A DNA stretch of 64,000 bases from Lingula anatina (Eukaryota > Animalia > Brachiopoda), in the NCBI GenBank assembly GCA_051362555.1, contig CM120642.1, positions 13,702,001 through 13,766,000 of the forward strand. Reading direction: 5' to 3'. A program made the translations under genes and the position numbers. The notes under the pieces were generated by a model that ran no database searches, was not told the DNA's origin, and saw only the letters and a list, made by a program, of their open reading frames with translations. Shown here piece by piece: positions 12,745 through 25,210 of this stretch. Numbering within the stretch: position 1 is the stretch's first letter; the number at the start of each line of letters is the position of its first letter.

Positions 12745-14847
12745 TACGATAGGGAAGGTAAAGGTATTCCATCAGCCGTAGTCTCCACGGCCGCATATGT
12801 CTGTCAGCGACTTTATGAATCTACAGTATTTGCAGGACACTAGCCAATTTTAACATAAGGAGAACATTAACCCAAGTTTCATAACAGGAGAGATTTGCCA
12901 ACAGAAGTTGACAGCGTCCAGCCACATCTGTCTCTCACATTTAACCCGTATTTAGATATTTCGGAAGTATATCCACGTTCCAGAGTTCGACCCTGCTGTC
13001 GCATATTCCGCGGAGTAGTATATATACATTGCTGAGGACCACAGCAGCTGAAATGTATCGCTCTGCTGGGAGTTTTTATCGGAGAAGAGGTGAGTAAGGA
13101 GACCCGGCCTTTAATGCACTTATATCGAGTGAATTCCATTGTAGCGAAAGCAATCACCTGGTATGTCCGCCGACTTAATTTACAGCATAAGATGCCGGTT
13201 TGCGTTTGTTTTGTAGGCGATCTGTGCATTTTGGTTTTGTATTTTGTGCTGCATAATCCTCGTGTTAAGCCTGTTTACCCAGTAAAACAAAAAAGGAACC
13301 GTGTTTGACTATGGACAGACAGTAAGCTGCCCAATTCGGTGGTATATCAGCCAGTTAAATATATTGCTTCAAACCTTACAATTCGATGGTCTACGTTCAG
13401 TTCGGATATTATTGTATATTTTTTTACAAAAAGTTAAATTTTTACAAGATGTGTCCCTATCTCATTTGTGATATTCAAATGCAGATGAGAATATTATAAT
13501 AATTATCAAAACTAGTTAATTTGCTGCCAGTCTAGAGTTCTTGTTTATCAATTAGTTCAATCATTTACATAGAAATGGCCTGTACAATGTATGATGACTT
13601 TGTTTTTAAAAAAATGCCTCCACATGAGGTTTAATTGAGACCTAAATTAGACGACCAGACAAATAATATGACTAACTAAAAGTTCTTTGGTCTGATCTCT
13701 GAATAAGCAACTGATTGGTACGAACTGAAATGCAGCTAATTTGGGAGCGATATGCGAAAAATCAGGTTGGATTTAAAGCAACTGGTATTGGCCAATGGAA
13801 TTTCATACACAATAGCCAGTTTAAACCCCAGAAAAAGTCATAGATGAAACGACACTACAATAAAGATGCTTCTACAGCATATAACATGGTGAATCGCTTC
13901 CTTTCATTTCAAACACTTAAATGTCTATTATATTTCAAAAAAGAAAACAATTGCGGAGTACCTTCAAAATATGCATCCGAATACGGGATTTATCTTCTCT
14001 TTATTAAAAGAAAATCAATAAATGCATTCATCACAACACAGGTATATGTATTCTAAGAATGTCTCTCTGATTATCGAAAATCACTCTGTACTTTGCGTGA
14101 TGTCCCTTTCTGCTGTGCATACAAAAGTCTCATTGGCAGTTGCAGGAAAATATTACATAAATGCGTTCGTCTTCTTCTGATTGCGATCGGTCGGTAAGCT
14201 ACTTTTTTCACATTATCAATACATTAATGGGCGTTTTTAATTTTGGATAGTGACTTTTCTTAGAGGGAGTTGGTTTTTATCCTGGAATTAGAACATTAGC
14301 ACTGCCAAAGGGGTGGTAATTTAATCTTCCTGGAGCATTCTCTAATCACGTAAAAATCATTTAGCTCTTGCACTCAGACTAACCCTTGTCATAGTTGGTT
14401 TGTTAAGGCAAATGATATTTTCTTTATTTTGCGTTTAAACAAGCTACAATCACGATGGATTTTAACGTGCACACTATACAATGAACCACAATCTTTTAAT
14501 GCATGTTACGTGTGGTGTGGCCCCGACACCGAATACGACAATGCTTCATTTTATATTTGTATCTTGCGTTGAAAACACACAGTGTCACAGATGAATAGCC
14601 TCATGTCGCCTGTAAGTAATCTCCATGGATATTTATGTTTAATAGTTTGTAGGGTCTGAGTATGAATAGAAGGCGTCTGTGTATAAACCTGTCATTTTAC
14701 TACTCAACTGGGACTGACATTTAACGGGGAAATTGGTTTATTATCCATCATGGGTTAGTAGCTCAGTAAAGAATGATCCTCGTGAGGTAACCGAGGTAAC
14801 CTGCCTGATGCTCCACTGGCCGTTTGGGTATTTTTATGGGGCACGAC

Positions 14848-14894
14848 GGGGGGGGGGGGGGGGCGGGGGGGGGGCGGGGGGGGGCGGGGGGGGG
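14848..14894 (+). repeat. Poly-G tract G16-C-G10-C-G9-C-G9 (G-quadruplex capable)
   Basis: Direct reading. Confidence 0.9.
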
Positions 14895-16630
14895 CGCTGG
14901 TATAGATACTTTCTGTTTCTGATTATCAAATTTAGACATTATGTTAAAATAAGGGACATCCACTTCTCTTTAGATCTGCGTCGTTTTAATAAATGTGTCA
15001 AAAGGAAAAGAAATTGTGATAACCGAAGCATCCGTTGTAAAAAATAGAAATGAGCACAGCAATTAAGAACTAATGAGAAACATTTTCTGGTTTTGAATAT
15101 TTCAATTCGTGCAACACTGCCCTCTGTCACCCTTTATTCATTTTCTAAGGATGACTCACTTTGGACTTCTTTAATAAACACTTTGTCTTGGAAAATCATA
15201 AGGAAGCTTTTCACATGTACATGTCATAAAATATTACGTTTGCCCTCATCATCACGAATTCCATCTCCAAGTCATGTTTGATGGGCTAGAAACTGGATTT
15301 TGTTTGTCAGTCAACGGTGCTTTAACTCTTATTAGTGATATTATGTCGTAATGCAATGCAATATGGCGCATAACGTAGCTTTTGTGTATCACTAATCATG
15401 CTAGGGTACCTGTTTATTCTGTTAATCAGAAATACATATATGCTTATTCGAAGAATAGATATCAGCATTACACTGCTTATTTTAATTTTAAAAAAAGCAT
15501 GTACCAGTGTGGATTTTTAAAACCCATCTTCGGCCTTTTGATATAATCCAATTGCGAATAGCGTCATACCATCACTTTTCTCCAAAACCCATTTAGTATC
15601 CCGAAAGTCATTTTGTTCGGCTTTTTTCCTCATAAGTGATAAATTTCTTGACAACATTACGAAATCCCATTCCCCTTGTAAAACCGACTCTTCCATGTGA
15701 ACGCATTATTGAATAACCCTGGAGGTCGTTATACACGGTAACATACACTCGGTCATCAGTGGCAGTTCAAAAGTGAAAATACAGTTTGTAAACAGGCAGT
15801 GAGCTGGATGGAAGTTCAATTGCCTGTGAAGAGCTGAGATCGATAACTAGATGTTCCTGTTGTTTACAGTTAAGTATAAAATTAAAACAATCAATTACAA
15901 CCGAGGAAAAAATTGACCCCCTCTAGATCTGCCACGCTTGAGTAAATGTTGTAGAATTATATCTCCATTTTTTAGATATCCAAGGTTTCTGCACTTATAT
16001 ATCAGACTGAAATGAAATACAACAAAACACAAATGCACTGCTGAAGGTTTTTGCCTATTGTACAGTGTTAAGTAAATACGAGAACCCAGTTCCCTGGAAA
16101 TCTCCTCATTTATCGCGTGAGTGTGTGTGTGTGCGTGCTCTGTGTGCTCATGCATGTGCCAATGTGCCGTAGCATTCCTTATTTACACCAAGATGAAAAT
16201 TGCATCTCGTTCGTGGCGAATAAAATCGACTCCCTGGAACAGTGTGACGTTCACTCACCAAACGCAATCACAATCCTAATACACGTATAACGACTTTTGA
16301 TGACACAAAGGTATACTTACAGGTACCTGTATCTGTACACCCATTTTGTATCGTAAGCTTCTGTTTGGTATTGACTCAGCTTTAATACTTTTTGGCAGTT
16401 CAGAGGCAGTTTAAGTGCCCTTGATACCCAAAAATGCATAATTTGACATTGTCAGCATTTTTCGAAGAATTCAGGGCTTAAAAAGTTGAGGAGTTACGGT
16501 GACACCCCTCTTTTTCATCATATATCATATACAGCCGCATATACCGGTACATACAGCGTATACCAAATCACACAAAATGGGTAAGCTAATGTTTAGTAAA
16601 CAGTAGATACTTTTTTATCTCTGATATTGC

Positions 16631-16758
16631 TATCCAGTGGTTGAAAAGGGCTGCTATCCTCAGGATAACTTTCCAGAGGATAACAATTTTATCCAAAGGA
16701 TAGTGTTACATGTATCCATAGGATAACACTATCCAGTGCTGATGAAACAGGGCCATAG
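16631..16758. mobile_element. MITE-like fragment built from TATCC/GGATA inverted motifs
   Basis: Repeated tatcc...ggata palindromic units ending in a terminus-like GATGAAACAGGGCC. The other terminus was not found. Confidence 0.5.
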
Positions 16759-18587
16759 TGCACGGGTGTGTGAAACAGTTCTCCCCATTCACCTCGACAC
16801 TCACATCCAAGCCCAGAACGTACACTCGTAGTAATATCGACCAGTGGGCCTTATCGTAAGTTGATCACAACAGGGAAATGGACCACGCACAGGGTTTTCA
16901 AACAGATTGGCTTATCGGACCTCGGAAATCCAATACTAATAGTTCGCATTATCTTGGAACGCTTGATAACGTATTTATAAAGTGTTCAAATTAGCCCACT
17001 TAAGGGTACAAAGTGAGGAGGTAAATTCAATAACTCTTGGCAAACATTTCATTAACTGAAAGATTGTGGATATGATAAAATATCGATCCCACGGATGCTT
17101 TATGTTTTCTAAGGCGTAACGGTTTACTTGTCTTTGAACCAGTGTAATTTTTTATAATGCCCAAGGGGATGCCTCGATCTTATAAAATATATGGTGTTTG
17201 TTAATTCTATCGATGTTCTTGAAACGCATGTTGGCCCACTGTATTCCTCTGATGGCAGAATTTCAAGAACAGTAGAAATAAAGATTTTTTCAATAATGTG
17301 GGATTATATTAACATGTTTCGTATGAAAGCAAGTCTAGGTTTTCTTAACAAAGTTAGCAAACATAGCACAAAGCCAGAACAGAGGGGGGAAATGAAAGGA
17401 AAAAAGAAAGACTTTTGTTAACAAACAGAGAACATTGCCCAAACCAGAAAACTATCCGAATGACATAAAAGTTAATCCAATACCGATCATTTAGGCGGAT
17501 TTGTTTTTTCATCTTTCCAAAGACAGGTTGCCGGTTTACAATATTAATCTTGGAAAACTAAATGACATATTTTGATATAGACATGTGTTTTTATCCTACA
17601 ATTATGAAGATATATAATAAAATACACGTTTCTATATAGACAGGTGCATATTAGTTAATATTAACATAAATGCGTTGGGCCTGTTAGACGCGTGCTTTTA
17701 GGAAAAGGGAGGATGGATCAAATATTTTTCTTCCCTTGCCGATTCATTTTCCTCGGTAAACGATTACTATTACTTTCAATGTCAACGTTATTTTTCCCCT
17801 TTCCATTTTTCTCAATTTAGAAAATCTCGTTCGCACACACAGCTAGGGGTGTCAGCATTAAAAGCACCCAAAAATATATGCAGTTTATATATTGCATATT
17901 AATCACATGATCACTATAAACAGTTGAAGAGGGGTTGACTTTTTTAATTGAGTACATGTATATTGGTCGCAAATGAGCATAGTAGTTAAACTTCCTACAC
18001 ACTCGTGCACCTGCATCTGCAGTTGTGATCTTTATATAATGGCACTTCAGCTGGGCTGATCGACCTGATTCTTGGTCTTTTGTTCCAGTAGTCACTCACT
18101 ATATTTACATATTCTGGGGGTTAGGTTAGCAGCGCACACAAAGGCGCACGCTTTGATCAAACATCATTGCTCAATATGTTTATTCATACGTATCCACAAT
18201 AGGCTTGTGGCAAGGAAAGGAAAGCCACACGCGTCATCGTAAGTATTCCCATTTATAACCGCGTGTTTTCATCATTCCTCTGCTACAACCCTCTTGATAT
18301 CGTGATCAAAAATGTTTAAACAATTCAGGAATCTTGGATGACCTCATTGCATGGAAACCCGCATGACAACGTGCGCCCCCTTTTGTTTATTATACGATGT
18401 TCCAGAAATTTATAACGGCATACTCTCTTGCTTCTCCTGCTGCAACAGGTCCTGGCGTTTCGTCCAGTAAAGTTCCATTCTGAACTCAATGTTTACTCAG
18501 AAAACTGACTTAAAACGTCAAATCAAATGTATCGACCGACCTCATTTCATGTTATCAGTGTTCCTTATTATTTTGCTAAACTGCGCG

Positions 18588-18618
18588 TATAAAGGGCATA
18601 CGGCGGCCAGGACCAGTT
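18588..18618 (+). promoter_or_regulatory. Possible TATA box and initiator for exon A
   Basis: TATAAAG at 18588 in a GC-rich context, with Inr-like CCAGTT 27 nt downstream and about 650 bp upstream of the ATG at 19250. The spacing is slightly short. Confidence 0.25.
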
Positions 18619-19249
18619 TTGAATATGAATTTTTAAATATAATGTTTCATAACGGCTGTTATGAGAATAAACTGGCTAGGTTGAAAGGACAAGAAAAAAT
18701 GAAAACAGGAAGATAGAAGTGATTAACCACACGTTGGCTGGTGGTAGTGTAATTATGATTCGAATCATCGCACTTAGTTTGAGAACAGTGCGCTGTGTTT
18801 GAATAGCGTCGTCTGTCGACAAGGTGCGGGTACTAGTCAATGCAAAGTTTATAGCTGCAGCATAGAGCACTGTTGAAACATATGAGGGCAATGCAAATGA
18901 TAAATAGAAGTTGTGTGGTTTATGGAGATCGTATTGGCCGAGATACAGCATCTTTTCACCTGCTCTCCTGTCAACAAGCTAGTTGAAAGCCAGTCACACT
19001 GTTTCAGTTGTCGCTTGATTAAACTCTAAAAGGACAGTCAAAACCGTGGAAAATTTGATCATCGTGGTATTGATTTAGGCCCGGGTTCTCGGAGTCCACT
19101 CAGAAAAACCTTGCAGGACAGTGCATAGGAAACGTGACCACTCTCCGAAACAGTGAAAATCGGAAGTTATGCAAAGTAGAGGATAAAACTCGATTACAAT
19201 CAGCCAGGATAACCTGATTACTGCAGAGTGACTTGATTGGTGAAACAAT

Positions 19250-19676
19250 ATGGCGCATCACAATCCCACATTTCAGTTGGAAGATGATGATTTACACGAG
19301 TCAGATTTTGATGCGTCATCTGCGTTTTCGGAAGGTGATCCGCCGCTTTCAAAGCGCAAACTTAACACAGTTTCTGCGAAGGTAGACAGAGATAGCAAAA
19401 GAGATTTGGATAATAAGAACAAAGTGGTTCTGGACACCAGTATCGGACAGATCAACCCGTCCTTGTATAATGGTGAATCGGGGATCTCGAGCCCTGACAT
19501 GTCTTTCAGGGAGGGTCGATATGGATACCCACCTACGAAGAGTATGCAAGAAAGATACGAGCAAAACTTCACTAGTAACGCAACAGACAATAAACCACCG
19601 GCGATATATATAAACGATCAGCTGACTCGCTTGAGCGACATGACGTCTTTTACGTCATCGTCTGATGACGAGCAAG
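19250..19676 (+). CDS. Exon A: alternative first coding exon (142 codons + 1 nt), acidic/Ser-rich, probably disordered N-terminus
   Basis: ATG in a good context (caatATGG) opens the protein-like frame MAHHNPTFQLEDDDL...SSSDDEQ. It ends at the donor AAG|GTAAGG (GT 19677-19678), phase 1, matching the acceptor at 39841. Confidence 0.8.
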
Positions 19677-20767
19677 GTAAGGGTTTGTAAAGCAAGAAGA
19701 CGAAAGTTTATTCACTCTGTTTTATACACAGACATACCCTGTATCCTCAGAGTCTCACATAGTAGTACGTGTGACGTTATGTACATATCAAAGGCATCAT
19801 GAAGATCCAATAATGTATGTTACTTCGACAGTGAATACATAGTGATAAAAACATAGAGCAATCACAAGTACATGTTTTTTATTTTTTTTTTTATTTTTTG
19901 TTTTATTCGGTATAAATAGCATTTAATTCAATAGTATGTCTGTCAGTTAAACACTTCTTGTTTATTCGTGTATTTGAGATAAGTCGGTTAAAGGAACAAA
20001 ATTCTATCACGGTTTCATTACATAGTTAACGCTATGTTTGAAAAAAGTCAGTTGCGATGTTGCAATCCTGCCACGACTGTTCTTGCGCAACTTTCGAAAT
20101 TAAAGCACAGGAAAAAAATGGAAAGACGTTTGTTTTGAATTTAGTGTTCGGTTCCCATTAAAAATTATATAGAGATATAAGTGATCGAAAGAGACGTACA
20201 CGTTTACATTCATTGACAATAACATGTCATTTAAAGAGGGGGGGGTATCTTTTGTTGCCAATGCCACTGTTGGAATACTGGATATATCGTGACAAAATAT
20301 CGTAAACATTATATAACACGTGTATTAAACTCTACATATGTTGCAATGCATTAGTTGATTTAATATTAGTTCAACACATTGCGTTTCAATAAAAATGCAG
20401 GTATGCATTTGAATGTGTTGAGTGATAAAAAAAATTCGACAGTAAATCAAGTTTCCAATAATAATTTGTATAAAAAATTTTTTTTATAGAGGGTTGTTGA
20501 TTTAAGAGGAAAAAGAAATATTACTTCTTTGGTCAAACGGCATTGCTGTCAAATCGGGAATTTGTGTAAATCAATGTATTGATCCTGTTGAAGCAAGCGC
20601 GAGGGAGGTGTTAAGTTGGTTTAGAAACACGGATGTGATTTCAGGCACAAAATACGTTGACCACATGAAATGTTCAAGAATATTGTGTAAGTGGTTTAAT
20701 GGTAGGACCATGTGGACATGAGCAAAATTGCAAAATGAAATATGTATTAATAGGTATACATTGTACA

Positions 20768-20768
<1 letters not shown>

Positions 20769-20840
<72 letters not shown>
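20769..20840. repeat. (TA)31 followed by (CA)5 microsatellite
   Basis: Direct reading. Confidence 0.95.
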
Positions 20841-20841
<1 letters not shown>

Positions 20842-21981
20842 GAAGGCCTGAACGAAGATGTGGCATACGAGTACAAAGTCTCCTATTGATTACAGTTTTT
20901 ATGCAGTTCCTTTTCTCAGACACCCGCCATAAATACTAAACAAGAGGCACGATCGTTGATTTTTATACTGATTTCATTTGAATGATTTTAATGTACATTT
21001 TCTAATATTAAAAAAAAATCTGTACACACTCATTGTACACTTAGGCCTCTTATGATGTCTGTAAATTGTGCACAATGGTAAGTGTGAAGTTTGATAAAAG
21101 TTAATTTCGCATTCAATGTGTTTCTGAAGCCATGCTTATAGATTCAAAGTTAAACCGATTCGATTCGAAAGCGCGTCATAAGACAACACAATATTGATTT
21201 CCTTGTAATTGAATTGTCTGAGGATCAGTGTCGTGTGTTTATGCTGAGGTCAGTCTTTAAGACACCTCCCTGGGCATACAATAACAAAAATATAAAATAT
21301 TTTAGTCATGTGGTGACGAGTTATAAACCGACCTTGTGAAGGGAAGTATGTGCATGCGTACGCACATTTATTATCTTACCTTCTTGTCACCTGATGCACG
21401 CTTTTTGTGAGGGCGGTTTGATGATGATATGCTGGTTATTGTTTTATATGCCACAATTTGCTCTGTATGCTGTTATTCCATAAATATTTATTTGTAAATG
21501 TGACGTGTTATTTCTAATACTAAACTGCTATTGGACTGACGGATTAAATTTTGAAATATTCGTGTACACCGTTTCATGAAATTGTTATCAATTGTAAAGA
21601 AAGAGGAATGATAAAATGAAACCTGAAAAACTATTGATGAAGGTATATGCCCGCGCAACTTGAACTGGTGTGAAAGTTCTCGGGAAAGGTAATTATTTAA
21701 AATCACACTGTACCCCGGTCCACGACATCATCATTGAAGAATAAAAACAAATATCCAACCAATACCAATGCAAGATATGTTTATCTCGCATCGCTCTATG
21801 TCTGTCCATCAAGCCTTGTCTATTGATCATCGCAATCAGTCGGATCAATAGGGTAATTGTCTGTAGTCCCGTGCATTGCTTTGCAATAAGTAGCCTCTGT
21901 TAATAATAAAGCATTGCCCCTTTAATGAAATTAATAATTTGTGGTATTCTTTGTCGAAGTTTTAGAGATGTGTCGCTATAC

Positions 21982-22113
21982 GTGTGTGTGAGTGTGCATG
22001 TGTTTACATGCCTACCTAAGAGTCTGTGAGTGTGTGTTTCTCTCCGTGCCTACTTCATTGTGAGTTAGTGTGTGTGTGCATGCGTGCGTGTGTGTACGCG
22101 AGCGTGTTTGTGT
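21982..22113. repeat. Degenerate (GT)n-rich tract
   Basis: Interrupted gtgtgt/gcgtgt runs. Confidence 0.7.
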
Positions 22114-23855
22114 AAAATGTGTCCGTATAAATAATTGTGTACGCTGTGTGGTTCAATCAACAAGTTAACTCTCTGCTTCTGTTTGAAAATACCACATGAT
22201 AATTCAGTTTAATTCAAATATCACTACCTAAAATAAAGCCGATTTTGAGACATTGATCAATGTATAACTCTGACTCCCATTCCACCAGCCTTTCTGGCTC
22301 TAAATAAGTTGCTCATAAAGTGTATGTAGGGTAATTGAATCTTAGTTAGACATTGACAGAAAATGCGCTCACTTTTATTAAATGTTCTACATGCGTCTGA
22401 ATCTAATGTAATGTTTACATGGGTCTGAGAAACCTGCAGATAAAGCGAATATTACTCCAGATTTAGACGCAAAGAAAAAAACATATCTATCCCGTATCTA
22501 TGGACGAAGTGTAAAATTAATCCTACACGTGAGCCACGTTTTCGTTATTTGATATAATGCAATAAGGGAAAGGTGATAACAATATTTAGACATTTCTTGG
22601 TAGTTCTTGGAAGACGTCCAGTTGATAAGAATCATGACTTACAGGTGTTTATATTAAAAAACAGACGAATAAAAAAAGAAAGCTTGCTGTCGTCCTAGCA
22701 CAGCTCTCTTATTAACCATCTTAATTACAGTATTTCTCTGGCCAGCATGCACTTACATATGCACACCAGAAATAAAATGAGGGAAAGCTAGTGACAGGTT
22801 ATCGGTTTACAATATGTATTACGAAAAGCTAAAAAGGATGTCTTAATATAGGCATGTGCGCAGTATAATAAGGATGACACCAATAAGTTAATTAATTGAA
22901 AGTGCATAGATATAGATGAAGGCGGGTTAGAAAAACAAGTTTAGGTGCATGAATATAACATAAAGCAAACTTGTGGTACACAACTTTGCACACGTAGGTC
23001 CTACAGAGTGAGAAATATAGAGTCCGGTATGCCCTGTGTATAACGTCTGTTTACTCTTTGATGGAAAAAACGTAGAAGCTAGTAGATGGTTCGAATATTT
23101 GTTAAGAAAAGCTGCAACCGACATGAACTGTTTTAATGCAAATATGTTCAGCACAACATGAATGACACCAAGTAAATAGCAAATGCAAAAGAAGGCGGCC
23201 TAGCATAAGCAAGTTTAATTATATCACAAATTAAGTTAATTAATATTAATATAGCAAAGCTATTAAGTATACATGTGCACGTATTGTGTGAAATTTACAT
23301 TGGGTTCTTATGCATTTGGTTTTTCCAGCACCCTGTTAGTGGATTAGGATTTTTCACTGCACATGTGCCAAAATAGGCTTCAAGTCTGCTTTCACGGGCA
23401 GACTTTCCCGTGATCCTTTGTCGCCGTGACCTATGCTTGCTATGAAACCTGCAAATAAGTGCACACGGTTGAGTAATCACGTGTGCATGAAGACAAATGC
23501 GCTCACACGCGCACAAAAACTTAAACATACATTGCAACAAAAACACATGGAAAGATCGAAGGGACCAAGAAGTGCTGCTGTATCAATTTGCACATAGGCT
23601 ATTTCGAAATATTTGTCAATGTCTGCCAAGAATGTGATTCTTATGAGTCAGATTTCCGTCATCATTGATTCAGCCGAGTGAGTGATTTCCTGCCTACCGT
23701 GGAATCTATACAGGCCAATGCAGAGTCCTTTCGATCTTTATTTATGTCTCTCTTGAGTATCTTTTAAATAATAATCCCAACGCGTCAGATATATAATTCT
23801 TGATATATTGTGTTATCAGTGTTGTGATTAAGACTTCGTTTAAATCAAAGTGCTG

Positions 23856-23857
23856 AA

Positions 23858-23916
<59 letters not shown>

Positions 23917-23918
23917 AT
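23856..23918. repeat. (AAAT)n tetranucleotide microsatellite
   Basis: About 15 perfect units. Confidence 0.95.
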
Positions 23919-24369
23919 TAAGCAAAATAGAATAAGGAATTGAGACATAACGGGTTTGTGTGAAGTATAAGAATAGAAGTCATGTAAAGCAAAGTGTTTA
24001 GCAATTTGCAATTCCAATTGAAATTACCGTTTGCTTTGAAATGCATGGAAGCGTGTAAGGGCCACAAAAACAAAACTCACAACGTCTTCGATGTTGCTAC
24101 AAAATTTACATTTATGTAGCCAAATGTTCACAAGCACAACGAAGCTCTGTTTTTGCTCGAAATTAAGTAGGATAAGTCCATATGACTGAAATTGTCATTT
24201 ATTAATGACGAAAACTAATAAGATACAAAGTTACAAAACTGGGGAGATAATAAACATCCCCCAAACTATATAAGTGCTAAATATAAAAATAATAAAGTAT
24301 GTTAATGAAATGTAACCAGGATTAATTATGAAAAATATGAGAAATCACAACAGCTATAGGAGCAAAAAG

Positions 24370-24587
24370 TACCAGATACCACCAAAGGGCTCTCACTACT
24401 AGGCAAACAGTTAAAAATCTGGGAATACACCCAGAACCTAGTATACCAGATACCACAAAGGGCTCTCACTACTAGGCAAACAGTTAAAAAACCTGGGAAA
24501 TACACCCAGAACCTAGTATACCAGATACCACTACAGGGTTCTCACTACTAGGCAAACAGTTAAAAACCTGGGAAGTACACCCAGAAC
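24370..24587. repeat. ~74-bp tandem repeat, 3 copies
   Basis: Unit TACCAGATACCAC..AGGGCTCTCACTACTAGGCAAACAGTTAAAAA.CTGGGAA.TACACCCAGAACCTAGTA starts at about 24370, 24444 and 24519. Confidence 0.92.
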
Positions 24588-24982
24588 AAAGAGCATAAAA
24601 ACTCCAAAAATGCATATCGCCTAGTCGACCAGAAACCCCTAATAATACTCCACCTGGTAATGCGGACACGGAGACAATCGGAAATAGGATATGAATAGAT
24701 TACGGCATGTCAATGACAGCCAGGAAATAGGAAATATGAAAACTGCAACAACACCTGGCCCGATAGGAATATAAACATAAATAAAATAGATGCACACAAA
24801 AGAAAAAAATATAAATAAAAAATAACATGATGAGTGACACCTAAACAAAATAGGTAACAACTGTAGTTGCATAACACAACAATTATAAATGTATTGATAA
24901 GAACACGTGAAAAAAGGGGGGAAATGAAAACAAATACTAGCCTGTGTGTGATCCAAAACTTGAAGTCATCCCGTAAAAGGAA

Positions 24983-25210
24983 ACAGCCGTCGCCGAAACT
25001 TGAATATCAAATACTGGTGACTGGAGAAAAGTGAATATTGTCCAAATAAAATAAAGTCACCAAGTAACAAATAACCGTCAACAGCCGTCGCTGAATCTTG
25101 AATACCAAAACTGGTGGCTGGGGAAAACTGAATAATCCGAAGAAAATAGTCACCAAGTAACAAATAGTCGTCCCCAAATCTTGAAACCACAAAAGTGATG
25201 ACTGGTAACC
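24983..25210. repeat. ~98-bp diverged tandem repeat, about 2.3 copies
   Basis: ACAGCCGTCGC.GAA.CTTGAATA.CAAA..CTGGTG.CTGG...AGTCACCAAGTAACAAATA at about 24983 and 25081, with a partial third copy near 25165. Confidence 0.8.

Noticed and set aside
14733-15047. Gly-rich and Pro-rich ORFs on both strands
   Set aside because: Artefact of the poly-G tract.
19273-19590. Antisense ORFs over exon A (likewise 50567-51063 and 56015-56373)
   Set aside because: Shadow frames of real plus-strand coding exons.
24370-24587. Possible CRISPR-like array
   Set aside because: Whole units repeat with no unique spacers, there are no cas genes, and the context is eukaryotic.
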